Origin: Eledone cirrhosa
Lineage: Eukaryota
DNA length: 64,000 nt
NCBI GenBank assembly: GCA_964016885.1
Contig: OZ024740.1
Coordinates: 322,276,001-322,340,000 of the forward strand
Reading direction: 5' to 3'
In this document: piece by piece, positions 26,908 to 39,901 of the stretch
How positions within the stretch are numbered: the stretch's first letter is position 1
Layout: every line of letters starts with the position of its first letter
Position numbers and translations under genes: made by a program
The notes under the pieces: model-generated
Told to the model about the DNA's origin: nothing
Seen by the model: the letters and a program-made list of their open reading frames with translations, nothing else
The model's database searches: none

Positions 26908-26981
26908 GCTGTGATATATATTTCAATGACGACACTGGCCACACTGTTCTGTGTGCGAGTGTCGTGACATCATCAGACAGC
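26908..26981 (-). ncRNA. Type I hammerhead ribozyme (intact core) near one end of a ~930-bp (TA)n-bounded island (26856-27785)
   Basis: GCTGT-CTGATGA-(ACGACACT..AGTGTCGT stem II)-GAAA-TATATA-TC-ACAGC. Confidence 0.85.
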
Positions 26982-27781
26982 TTGTTACATAATAAGGTTA
27001 TGTTTCTGAGGCAATCCAAGTTGAATCGAGATGGGAACGGACGAAGTGTGTGCTTTTGGGTTCTTCATCCGTTCCCCTGTGAGTACCAATTCATCCCCAC
27101 CGGTCTGCGCAGGCGCATGTCCGAAGGAAGTTGACCATTAGCTACCGCAGATATCAACGAAATTCGCTCAGTCAGTTCACCCTCTCAGCCAAACAATGAC
27201 CCATTTAGGCCTGTACCATAGTTTACTGCTACCCATCCCGTCTGTGGCAGTCAGCCGAAAGCCAGAGGGGATGGGAGAGTGTTAGTTTTTACAGGTCACA
27301 ATACTACCTCTCACCAAGCATGGACAGTACGACTGACCATCAACTCGCAAGAGAAAATATACTTAATTCTAGGTATCATGGTTTTACATTGGAAGTTATG
27401 AGTGAGAGTTGGAAATAAAAATTAAAATCCTAAATCAAAAATTATAAATTAAACAACTAAAAAATTAACAATTAGAAATTAAAAAATTTTTCAAGTGAGA
27501 ATCCGGATTGAGGTGAGTAAAAAAACATATAGATTGAAGTGAGTAAATAATATGGAGAGAGATGTTTAAGTAAGAAGTTCTGAGAGGGGTTCCAATGTCA
27601 CAGTTACACTATCCACATATTGAATGATAGTGCCGTACATTAGAACGGAGGGTAAACTACAGTATTCAAGGCAGTAGTCAATCTGGTACACAGTCATAAT
27701 TTCCATCACATGGAACAAAACCAAAGAAAAACAGATATAAAGTACACAAAAGAAAAGAACCAATAATGAATAAATGCAAAA

Positions 27782-27824
<43 letters not shown>

Positions 27825-27900
27825 TACGTTATTCCGGGTTGAATTGGAGGTAACCACAGTAAGTAAGGTACTCAATACATTGCAGAGTATAAAAGTTTTA

Positions 27901-28004
27901 ATATAGATGAGATTCTACAGGACTAGAACTGTTTCATTCTTTAGAAATCATCAGTTTCTGATGATTTCTAAAGAATGAAACAGTTCTAGACCTGTAGAAT
28001 CTCA

Positions 28005-28011
<7 letters not shown>
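27901..28011. ncRNA. Palindrome of two head-to-head hammerhead cores
   Basis: Centre TCATCAG-TTT-CTGATGA; each arm CTGATGA-TTTC TAAA GAAT-GAAA-CAGTTCTAG-(T/A)C; related sequence at 37190-37320. Confidence 0.7.
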
Positions 28012-28065
<54 letters not shown>

Positions 28066-28149
28066 TTATATATATATAGGGAGCGAGAGAGAGAGAGAGG
28101 GGGGGGGACAGAGAGGGGGGAGAGACAGAGTGTGAGATTATGTAGTTGA

Positions 28150-28680
28150 ATTTTGTAATAAATACCAAAAATTGGTAGAACACTCAATCCAAGGAATGAG
28201 TTGGGTTATATAAAAAAATGTTCTTACATCATCAGAAGAAAGGAGATAAATGTAAAAGCCAAACTTGCTATCTTCAATTTGATATTCATGCCAAGTATTG
28301 CCTATGGTCATGAATCTTGAGTAAGGTCCAAAAAAATACAATCTCAAATACAAGTGGCTGAAATGGGTTTCCTCTGAAGGTTCTTTGGAGTAACATTACT
28401 CAATAGAGTCTATAGCTCAGAGATCAGGGAGCTGCTCCAGATAGAGTCATTATTTCTGTGAATTGAGAGATCATGGGTCTGATACTATGGACATGTGGTC
28501 AAAATATCTAAGGAATGAATTGCTGGACAGATTTTACAGGCAAAACCAACTAACAGGAGACGTACAGGAAGACCCCAAGCAAGATAGTTGGATAACATCC
28601 ATGAACTCAGTTGGTCTCATTTAGGGATCCAGCCAGATCAGTTGGAGATTGTTGTTTCTGACAGGACCCAAAGAAGAAAA
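28150..28680 (+). mobile_element. Old RTE/BovB-like LINE fragment
   Basis: Decayed IQVAEMGFL..YGHVVK..RRTGRP motifs. Confidence 0.7.
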
Positions 28681-28861
28681 AGACATCAACATTACATTTT
28701 CCAAATACATATGTTTCACTGTGTGAGTCTAACAGACTCTGACAGATCCTTATTCAGCCATCTTACATACACAGCCCAACACATAGTATAGTATTGGGTT
28801 CCCAGCATCTGCCCAATGTACCCATACTTTAACATGGCTCTGGAGTGTATTATTCATATAT

Positions 28862-29010
28862 AGGTGCAGGCATGGTGTGTTGTTAAGGAGATTGCTTCAC
28901 AATCATGTGATTTTAGGTTCAGTCCCACTGCACAGCACCTTGGGCAAATGTCATCAACTGTAGACTCAGGTTGATCAATGCCTTGTGAGTGGAATTTGAT
29001 AGATGAAAGG
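28862..29010 (+). mobile_element. tRNA-derived SINE, third family (antisense/partial relative near 51985-52085)
   Basis: GGTTCAGTCCC B-box-like head; CCTTGGGCAA..CAATGCCTTGTGAGTG body. Confidence 0.6.
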
Positions 29011-29058
29011 GGAAAACAGAGTAGAAATCAGTACAAGTGAGTTGTATATATATATAAT

Positions 29059-29402
29059 GGAGGCACATGGCTTAGTGGTTAGAGCATTGGCCTTGCAATC
29101 GAAAGGTTGTGAGTTCAATTCTCAGACCGGGTGATGTGTTGTTTCCTTGAGCAAGACACTTTATTTCACATTGCTCCAGTTTACTCAGCTGTAGAAATGA
29201 GATGATAGGGACTGGGGTCCCTATCATATCACTGCAAAGTGGATGTGGAGGTGCCACGGCAAAAAAGCACCCAGCACTCACTGTAAATGAGGTTGGTATT
29301 AGGAAGGGCATCCAGCTGTAGAAATCAAGCCAGAATCAGTTCCCGTCCCACTCTTGCAAGCAGGGAAAAGCGGACGTAAAATGAGGATGATGATGATGAT
29401 GA

Positions 29403-29407
<5 letters not shown>
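29059..29407 (+). mobile_element. Full-length tRNA-head SINE with RTE-derived tail
   Basis: A box TGGCTTAGTGG, B box GAGTTCAATTC, tail GGAAGGGCATCCAGCTGTAGAAA..(GAT)n. Confidence 0.9.
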
Positions 29408-29438
<31 letters not shown>

Positions 29439-29546
29439 TTTTCGGTGCACCCGGCCGATTAACCCACTCGATATGCAAATTGGGCTACTCAGCCATTAAT
29501 ATGCATAAGGTAAGTATATACGTTCACAATCTGGCAGGAAGGTATA

Positions 29547-29587
29547 CATTGCTGACGATAGCTAATAAGCTTGAAACTAGTACAGCG
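29547..29587 (+). ncRNA. Minimal hammerhead ribozyme (intact core)
   Basis: CATTG-CTGACGA-TAGCT AATA AGCTT-GAAA-CTAG-TA-CAGCG; palindromic CTAG; in a (TA)n-bounded island. Confidence 0.8.
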
Positions 29588-29851
29588 TTCCTTTGTCAGT
29601 GTTGAACAAACGAGCAACGATGGTTGCTGGACACTACGGCTTAATACGGGATGTTTGTTTACAAACACACCGAGCATTATAATAAATGTTCGGTGAATCC
29701 ATACGTACATATATATATGTGTGCATGTATGTATATATATATATACATACTACTCTACGTCTGTATACATATATGTATATACGTGTACATACTTATATTT
29801 AAGTAACAGCCGTACTAAGAGTGGGAAATGAAATTTCGTTTCATTTTTTCC

Positions 29852-29904
<53 letters not shown>

Positions 29905-30160
29905 TCATATATGCACATATATATATATATATATATATGCACATATACATATGTGTGTGAGTGTGTGTATATCCATATCTGTCTTTATGTTTGTGTCTAT
30001 AATTGTGTTTATGCCCCATAACTTAGCTGTTCAACAAAAAGAGATTAATAAAATAAGTCCCAGGTCGACATGGTCATAGTCAACTGAATTGAAGCCAATA
30101 AAAAAAATAGAAGAATAAATAAATATATATATATATATATATATACATATATGTGTATAA

Positions 30161-30243
<83 letters not shown>

Positions 30244-30283
30244 GATATTAAATAAATGGAAACTATATTTATAAAACCATATT

Positions 30284-30348
30284 TATTTCGTTATACATAT
30301 TTCAGGGATACCAAATTAAAATATGGTATGCCTTCATCAGACAAAATA
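30284..30348 (-). ncRNA. Hammerhead ribozyme, left arm of palindrome 30241-30543
   Basis: TATTTTGT-CTGATGA-AGGCATACCA..TGGTATCCCT-GAAA-TATGTA-TA-ACGAAATA; 8-bp stem I. Confidence 0.82.
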
Positions 30349-30434
30349 CAATATATAAACAGTTTTATAAATAATTTTAATGGTTGCATTTAATAAGGTA
30401 CGTCAAAATTATTTATAAAACTGTTTATATATTG

Positions 30435-30499
30435 TATTTTGTCTGATGAAGGCATACCATATTTTAATTTGGTATCCCTGAAATATGTATAATGAAATA
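30435..30499 (+). ncRNA. Hammerhead ribozyme, right arm of palindrome 30241-30543
   Basis: Same motif with ATGAAATA as 3' strand of stem I (G-C replaced by G-U). Confidence 0.82.
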
Positions 30500-30627
30500 A
30501 ATATGGTTTTATAAATATAGTTTCCATTTATTTAATATCGTATATCAACTCCAAAAACTTGTCGAGTGCTTTATATCAGTTATAAAATATTTACTTGTTG
30601 TATCCCAACAATTTTAAATAGAACTTT

Positions 30628-30658
<31 letters not shown>

Positions 30659-31081
30659 CATCATCATCATCATCATCGTTTAACGTCCATCTTCCACGCT
30701 TGCATGGGTTTGGACGGGCGTTTTCACACTTGAGGCAAGATTGGTTGTCCTGCTCGTATAGAACTGTCTGGCTTACGGCTGGATGCCCTTCCCAACACCA
30801 ACCACGGTTACAGTGTGGACTGGGAGGTTTTTACCGTGTTACCTACACGGCCACATTACAGCGTGGACTGTATGTTTTTTTGTCGTGACACGTACACATT
30901 TGGTGGGTTTTCTACGGCTGGGTGCCCTTTCCCAACACCAACCACGTTTACAGTGTGTACTGGGAGGTTTTTACCGTGTTACCGACACGGCCACATTACA
31001 GCGTGGACTGTGTTTTTTTTTGTCGTGACAATATATATATACATAAATATATATACATAAATATATACATATATGTGTGTA

Positions 31082-31780
31082 CCATCATCATCATCATTTT
31101 ACGTCCGCTTTTCTTTGTTTGCAAGGGTGGGACGGGTCCTTTTCAGCATCTCTCCATTTGTCACAGTAATTCGTCATCTCCTCTGTGAGCTTCAGCAATC
31201 TGTGGTCAGCTCTCACCACCTCTGCCCATGATTTTTGTGATCTTCCTCTACTGTGTCCTCCTTCCACTGGGATTTCTTGGAACTTCTTCAGCCAGCGGTC
31301 ATCTTTCATGCGCATCACATGGCCATACCAACGCAGTCTTCTCTCCCGCACACTACAGTTTATCCCTCTTACACACAGTTACATTCTCAACTCGTCTATG
31401 CACATTGACATTACACATCCAGCAGAGCATGCTTCATTTCTCTCCAGCTGTCACATATCCTCCGCAGATGCTGCTCCTGTCTCACTACCATTCAGCATTG
31501 CGCATCTCACACAGGCATCATATAACCGACCCTTCGTTCATAGGAAGAAACCCTTCGTTGTCAACAGAGGAAGCAGCTCCCTAAACTTCTTCCAGCCCGT
31601 CCTTATTCTAGATACTATGGCCTCAGAACACCCTCCTCCCTTGCTAATCTGATCACCCAGGTATCGGAAGCTATCAATCACCTCTATAGATCCTACGTGC
31701 ATTTGAAAAATGTGTCTATCATTGACACTTCTACTATCAAATTTCCTTTAACATCCACTGCATATGAAGTTTTCCCTTCC
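31082..31780 (-). mobile_element. RTE LINE 3' fragment
   Basis: RERRLRWYGHVMRMKDDRWLKK..; tail ends in (GAT)n. Confidence 0.9.
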
Positions 31781-31871
31781 TATATAATATATATATATTT
31801 ATATATATATATATTGTTATACTTGGGGAGGGTAATATTTGTGTAATAATATTGCCAGAATTAACAACAGA

Positions 31872-31974
<103 letters not shown>

Positions 31975-32529
31975 TGTGTATATATATGTGTGTGTGTATG
32001 TGTCTGTGTATATATATATGTGTGTGTGGTGTGTGTGTGTGTGTTTGGTTGTTTATATATAGCTCAATGTGACAGTGTAGAATGCACCATTTTAACCCCT
32101 ACAACAGCACCTAAATACAAGCAGGCATTCACACTTCTCAGCAGATGCATGCAAACGTGCAAAACGTGTATCCTGTAGCAGATGGGGTGGAGGGGAGGGT
32201 TGCAGGGGCTTTCCTGGTGGTGTTGGTGGTGGTGATTTCTAGCTCTGGTGGTGGCAGGTTCCATCTCTGGTGGTGGCAGTGCTGGTTGCTGTTTCTTGTT
32301 GTTGTTTACAAAAATCAACTTTCTTCTTCTTCTTCTTCTTCTTCTTCTTCTTCTTCTTCTTCTTCTTCTTTTTCTTCTCCTCCTCCTCACCCCTACCCCC
32401 CCTCCTCCGTTAGCTGCTATTGAGCATGCTCAGTAAGACCTCACTGTATACACATGCTACCACACATGTGAGTCCATGTGTGTGTGACGTCAACAAGACA
32501 GGCCACACCCACATTTTACTTCAATCCTA

Positions 32530-33185
32530 TGAAATGTATTCTTTGGCAGCTATTTCTGCTGCTGCAAGTGCTGCCGGTGCTACGGCTGCTGGTGATGCTG
32601 CTGGTGCTGTTGGTGCTGCTGCTGTTGATGCTGCTGTTGATGCTGCTGTTGATGCTACGGCTGCTGGTGATGCTGCTGGTGATGCTGCTGGTGCTGTTGC
32701 TGTTGATGCTGCTGTTGATGCTGCTGCTGCTGGTGCTGCTGCTAGTGTTGCTTCTCATGTTGTTGGTAGTGCAGTTGTTGTAACTGCTGCTGTTGGTGCT
32801 GGTGCTGTTGCCTATGTTGTTACTAACTGTTAGTGGTAGTATTGTAGCTTCTATTGCTGCTGCTGTTGTTACTGTTGCCATTGTTGCTGCTGTTGTTGCT
32901 GCTACTCTTACTAATTATTACTGGTAGTACTGCAGCTATTGTTGCTGCTGCTGCAATTGCTGCTGCTGACGTTGTTGCTGTTACTAACTGCTACTGGTAG
33001 TACTACAGCTATTATTGCTGCTGCTATTGTTGTTGTTGTTGTTGTTGCTGCTGTTGTTGCAGTTATTAACTGTTGCTCATAGTATTACTGCTACTGCTGC
33101 TGCTGCTGCTGTTGTAGTTGCTAACTGTTGCTCATAACATTACTGTTGCTGTTGCTGATGGTGTTGCTGCTGTTGTTGTTGTTCC
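32530..33185. repeat. (GCT/GTT)n degenerate trinucleotide repeat
   Basis: Direct reading. Confidence 0.85.
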
Positions 33186-33269
33186 ATCATCATCATCACC
33201 ACAATCGTGGCAACAGCCATCCCCACCATCATCATGACCACTATGCCTACATTATCCCCACAAACACCA

Positions 33270-36200
33270 CTAAAACTACCACCACAACTACCACCACCAC
33301 TACCACCACCACAACAACCATCACCACCACTATCTGCATTATGACCACAACTACCACCACCACTACCACCACCACCACAACAGCCACCACCACCACCACC
33401 ACCACCACAACAACCATCACCACCACTATCTGCATTATGACCACAACTACCACCACCACTACCACCACCACCACAACAGCCACCACCACCACTACCACCA
33501 CCACAACAACCATCACCACCACTATCTGCATTATGACCACAACTACCACCACCACTACCACCACCACCACAACAGCCACCACCACCACCACCACAACAAC
33601 CATCACCACCACTATCTGCATTATCACCACAACTACCACCACCACTACCACCACCACCACAACAGCCACCACCACCACCACCACCACCACAACAGCCATC
33701 ACCACCACCACCACCACAACAACAACCATCACCACCACTATCTGCATTATGACCACAACTACCACCACCACTATCACCACCACCACAACAGCCATCACCA
33801 CCACCACCACCACCACAACAACCATCACCACCACTATCTGCATTATGACCACAACTACCACCACCACTACCACCACCACCACAACAGCCACCACCACCAC
33901 CACCACCACCACCACCACAACAACCATCACCACCACTATCTGCATTATGACCACAACTACCACCACCACTATCACCACCACCACAACAGACACCACCACC
34001 ACCACCACAACCACAACAACCATCACCACCACTATCTGCATTATGACCACAACTACCACCACCACTATCACCACCACCACAACAGCCACCACCACCACCA
34101 CCACAACCACAACAACCATCACCACCACCACTATCTGCATTATGACCACAACTACCACCACCACTACCACCACCACCACAACAGCCACCACCACCACCAC
34201 CACCACCACCACAACAACCATCACCACCACTATCTGCATTATGACCACAACTACCACCACCACTATCACCACCAACACAACAGCCACCACCACCACCACC
34301 ACCACCACAACCACAACAACCATCACCACCACTATCTGCATTATGACCACAACTACCACCACCACTACCACCACCACCACAACAGCCACCACCACCACCA
34401 CCACCACCACAACAACCATCACCACCACTATCTGCATTATGACCACAACTACCACCACCACTACCACCACCACCACAACAGCCACCACCACCACCACCAC
34501 CACCACAACAACCATCACCACCACTATCTGCATTATGACCACAACTACCACCACCACTACCACCACCACCACAACAGCCATCACCACCACCACCACCACC
34601 ACAACAACAACCATCACCACCACCACTATCTGCATTATGACCACAACTACCACCACCACTACCACCACCACCACAACAGCCACCACCACCACCACCACCA
34701 CAACCACAACAACCATCACCACCACTATCTGCATTATGACCACAACTACCACCACCACTATCACCACCAACACAACAGCCACCACCACCACCACCACCAC
34801 CACCACAACAACCATCACCACCACTATCTGCATTATGACCACAACTACCACCACCACTACCACCACCAACACAACAGCCACCACCACCACCACCACCACC
34901 ACAACAACCATCACCACCACTATCTGCATTATGACCACAACTACCACCACCACTATCACCACCAACACAACAGCCACCACCACCACCACCACCACCACAA
35001 CAGCCACCACCACCACCACCACAACCACAACAACCATCACCACCACTATCTGCATTATGACCACAACTACCACCACCACCACCACCACCACAACAGCCAC
35101 CACCACCACCACCACCACCACAACAGCCACCACCACCACCACCACCACCACAACAGCCACCACCACCACCACCACAACCACAACAACCATCACCACCACT
35201 ATCTGCATTATGACCACAACTACCACCACCACTATCACCACCACAACAGCCACCACCACCACCACCACCACAACCACAACAACCATCACCACCACTATCT
35301 GCATTATGACCACAACTACCACCACCACTACCACCACCACTACCACCACCACCACAACAGCCACCACCACCACCACCACCACCACAACAACCATCACCAC
35401 CACCACTATCTGCATTATGACCACAACTACCACCACCACTATCACCACCAACACAACAGCCACCACCACCACCACCACCACAACAACAACCATCACCACC
35501 ACTATCTGCATTATGACCACAACTACCACCACCACTATCACCACCAACACAACAGCCACCACCACCACCACCACCACAACAACAACCATCACCACCACTA
35601 TCTGCATTATGACCACAACTACCACCACCACTATCACCACCACCACAACAGCCATCACCACCACCACCACAACCACAACAACCATCACCACCACTATCTG
35701 CATTATGACCACAACTACCACCACCACTACCACCACCACAACAGCCACCACCACCACCACCACCACCACAACAACCATCACCACCACCACTATCTGCATT
35801 ATGACCACAACTACCACCACCACTATCACCACCAACACAACAGCCACCACCACCACCACCACCACCACAACAACCATCACCACCACTATCTGCATTATGA
35901 CCACAACTACCACCACCACTACCACCACCACCACCACCACCACCACAACAACCATCACCACCACTATCTGCATTATGACCACAACTACCACCACCACTAT
36001 CACCACCAACACAACTACAGCAACGATGACGCCACTGATCATTACTACCACCATCACCATGTCCACCACCATCACCACCATCTCAACCACAACCACCTCA
36101 ACCACCACCATCACCACAACAACAGCAACAATATTACCACCACCACCTCAACCTCCACCATCTCCCCTACCACCACCACCACCACCACAACCTCCACCAT

Positions 36201-36270
36201 CTCCCCTACCACCACCACAACCTCCACCATCTCCACTACCACCACCACCACCTCAACCACCACCACAACG
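33270..36270. repeat. (ACC)n-derived satellite, about 27 units of ~96 bp
   Basis: Marker TATCTGCATTAT recurs at ~96-bp spacing within ACC/ACA/ACT runs. Confidence 0.92.
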
Positions 36271-36563
36271 ACATTACTGAATGAATTGACCCGGATTACT
36301 AAATTTTCCAATTTAAGATTTCATAATTTAGATATGGTGCACAGTGCATATGGTAAAGATGCAACCAGATACGCATACACATATGCACAAAGACACACAC
36401 GGATGCACACACACACACACACACACACATTTATATATATAATATATATATATATATATGCACAGCTATAACTGTATGTGCATAAAGTACATTGTGCACA
36501 TGTTAAAGATGCAGTCATAGTGCACACAGCTACATATGCATATGTGCAGTTGTAGTATGTATG

Positions 36564-36601
<38 letters not shown>

Positions 36602-36701
36602 AAGAGAAAGAAAGAAAGGGAGTTACAACTGCATGCATAATCAAAGCATATATATATATATATACATACATACATATATATATATCATCATAGTGATGAT
36701 G

Positions 36702-36820
<119 letters not shown>

Positions 36821-37481
36821 AGAGTATATATATATATATATATACAGATGTGTGTGTGTGTGTGTGTGTGTTGGTCCTCTGCTGCTTCCAACGATAAATG
36901 TTCTTCCAGTTACTCAATCAATGGAACAGCCTGTTTGTGCCATTATCATGCAAGTGGTAAAACATTCCACGTAATTCTCAGGGAGATTCAATGTAACACA
37001 GTATGTGACAAGGTTTGACCTATAATTTACATATAAAATGTGAAATAAAGTGTTTTTCCCAAGGGCACACCACACCACTGGGAATTGAACACATGAGCCA
37101 GACATCCTAACCAATAAGCCCCACACCTTCACTTACATATGTATATTGGATGTTAAATGGTGATGATGAATATGTATATATATATATATGATGATGATAA
37201 TTTCATACAAATGAAACAGTACTAGTCCTGTAGAAGCATTTTTTATATAAACTCTTGTCTTTACTCTACACATGCATTGAGTACCTTATTTACTGTGGTT
37301 ACCCCCAACTCAACTCGGGACCAATTTATCATATATATTAAGGGTGAAAGCAACGATTCTTTGCTTAAACTTTAATCTGTTATTTTAATAAATATTTGCT
37401 CTACGGTTCTTATATATTTGATATATATTTATCCTTATCAAGCCCACTTTGGATTTCAGTCTTCAAATTTATTATTATTAC

Positions 37482-37552
<71 letters not shown>

Positions 37553-37855
37553 CATATATATATATAAATAAAACATATATATTTCAGGGCTGGCCGCAAA
37601 TCACTGAGACTCAGAGAAGAAATGACGAAGGAACACGACAAGTGGAGAAATGCCATGCTGAGAAGGACCCATCCAACCCATGCAAGCATGGAAAAACAGA
37701 TGTAAAGATGGTGATGATGATGATGATCATCATCATCACACACACAGCTAGAACTATATGCCTGGCCACAGCTATAAATGTAAGGGTGCAGTCAGTATGT
37801 ACACATATAGAGAGTTATTACTGTATGTGCAGTAATAACATATATATATATATAT

Positions 37856-38286
37856 GAAGGCGCATGGCCTAATGGTTAGAGCATTGGGCTTGCAATCGAA
37901 AGGTTGTGAGTTCAATTCTCAGACTGGGTGATGTGTTGTTTCCTTGAGCAAGACACTTTATTTCACATTGCTCCAGTAGAAATGAGATGATAGGACTGGG
38001 GACCCTATCATTCCACTGCAAAGTGGTCGTGGAGGTGCCACGGCAAAAAAAGAACCCAGCCCAAACTGTAAAGTGGACGTGTAGGCGCCATGGAAAAAAA
38101 AGCACCCAGCATTCACTGTAAATGAGGTTGGTGTTAGGAAGGGCATCCAGCTGTAGAAATCAACCCAGAATCAGTTCCCATATGAGCAAGGCAAGGTCAG
38201 CCGACTGGACACTGCCCACAACAGGACAACTCGTCTAACCCATGCTAGCGTGGAAGAACGGACGTAAAACGGTGATGATGATGATG

Positions 38287-38288
<2 letters not shown>
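37856..38288 (+). mobile_element. Full-length tRNA-head SINE with RTE-derived tail
   Basis: A/B boxes as at 29059; tail matches the RTE 3' UTR at 38749-39015. Confidence 0.9.
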
Positions 38289-38318
<30 letters not shown>

Positions 38319-38322
38319 TTTG

Positions 38323-38748
38323 CAGTAGTCCCCTGGTATTCACAGGGACTACGTTCCTGGAGCACCTGCAAAGAGTGAAAAACTGTGAATATTGTACGTG
38401 GTCTATAAAAATGCCTATAAAAGTCAAAATATAACATAAAATATAATAAAAAAAGAGGGAACGTCTTATGCAAAGGGCCATCCAATAGGCCAGCAAATAT
38501 GGTATATTGTTACTAATAATTTAGCATTAAAAAAATATATATTGCCACAAAAATACCCATTCGCGGAATTGTAAATATCTCCCGCAATTTTTTTATGGGT
38601 ATTTTTGTGGCAATATATATTTTTTTAATGCTAAATTATTAGTAACAATATACCATATTTGCTGGCCTATTGGATGGCCCTTTGCATAAGACGTTCCCTC
38701 TTTTTTTATTATATTTTACGTTATATTTTGACTTTTATAGGCATTTTT
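38323..38748. mobile_element. Tigger/pogo-like MITE end followed by a ~155-bp-arm fold-back
   Basis: Starts CAGTAGTCCCCTGGTATTCACAGGGACTACGTTCC; 38407-38560 is the reverse complement of 38595-38748. Confidence 0.65.
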
Positions 38749-39290
38749 CATCATCATCACCGTTTTACGTCCGTTCTTCCACGCTAGCATGGGTTAGACG
38801 AGTTGTCCTGATGTGGGCAGTAGCCGGTTGGCTGACCATGCCTTGCTCATACAGGAACTGATTCTGGCTTGCTTTCTACAGCTGGATGCCCTTCCTAACA
38901 CCAACCTCATTTACAGTGAGTGCTGGGTGCTTTTTTCCGTGGCACCTAGACGTCCACTTTACAGTGTGGGCTGGGTGCTTTTTTGCCGTGGCACCTCCAT
39001 GACCACTTTGCAGTGGGAGGGTGTGGGGACATATTGTCTATATGCTTCAGCTTCGGCTTGTACCCATGGAGGAGGGGGGGTCGGGTCTTCTGTATTACTG
39101 CGTGATGCCAGAGGTCACGGTCGTGTGTCATCGCCTTTGAGAGGTATAATTGGGTAAGATCGGCTTTTATCCCCTCATCCCAGGTCTTCTTGGGTCTCCC
39201 CACTCTGTGATTTCCATCGACTTCTAGTGCTCTGCACCTTTTTATGCAGCTGTCATCCTTCATATGCATCACATGTCCATACCAACGCAT
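38749..39290 (-). mobile_element. RTE LINE 3' end
   Basis: RWYGHVMHMKDDSCIKRC..GRPKKTW plus 3' UTR. Confidence 0.9.
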
Positions 39291-39316
39291 ATATACACTG
39301 TATATATAAATATATA

Positions 39317-39414
39317 CAGGGTATAAAAAAAATGTATACACACTTCAACAGTATCCTAATAAATATTGCTTGTACAGGTAATCAAAGTGTGTGTACATTT
39401 TTCGGGACACCCTG
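39317..39414. mobile_element. ~100-bp Tc1/mariner-type MITE (relatives at 46073-46151 and ~60344-60450)
   Basis: TA-CAGGGT..AAAATGTATACACAC / GTGTGTGTACATTTT..ACCCTG-TA. Confidence 0.7.
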
Positions 39415-39851
39415 TATACATATATATATACACACACCTGAATGTGCAGTTACAGTGAAATATATGTACAGCAATAACTGTATGTGTGCAGTTACAGTGC
39501 ACATATATAGTTATGGTGTTATTTATATCTGCAGTCAGAATGCACATTTGCAGTTACAACTCTATTGCAGTGTGATAAATATTATGTTCAGGAAAATGTA
39601 TACAAACATTATTTCAGTGCAACAACAACAGCAACTACTACTACTACTACTACTACTGCTACTACTACTGCTACTACTACTACTACTACTAACTACTATT
39701 ACCACTGCCACCCCAATAACTACTACTACTACCAACACTATTGCCATCACTGCCACCATCACCACTACGACCACCGCCACCATCACAACCACCACCTCAA
39801 CCGCGACTGCTGCTGCCACCTCACCATCATCCCCTCTACCCCCCCCCCACA

Positions 39852-39901
<50 letters not shown>

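Noticed and set aside
29059-29135. tRNA gene
   Set aside because: A and B boxes are present, but it continues into a SINE body and has several dispersed copies
33128-36280. 1050-aa Thr-rich mucin-like ORF
   Set aside because: Trinucleotide satellite that is also open on the opposite strand; non-ATG start and no domain
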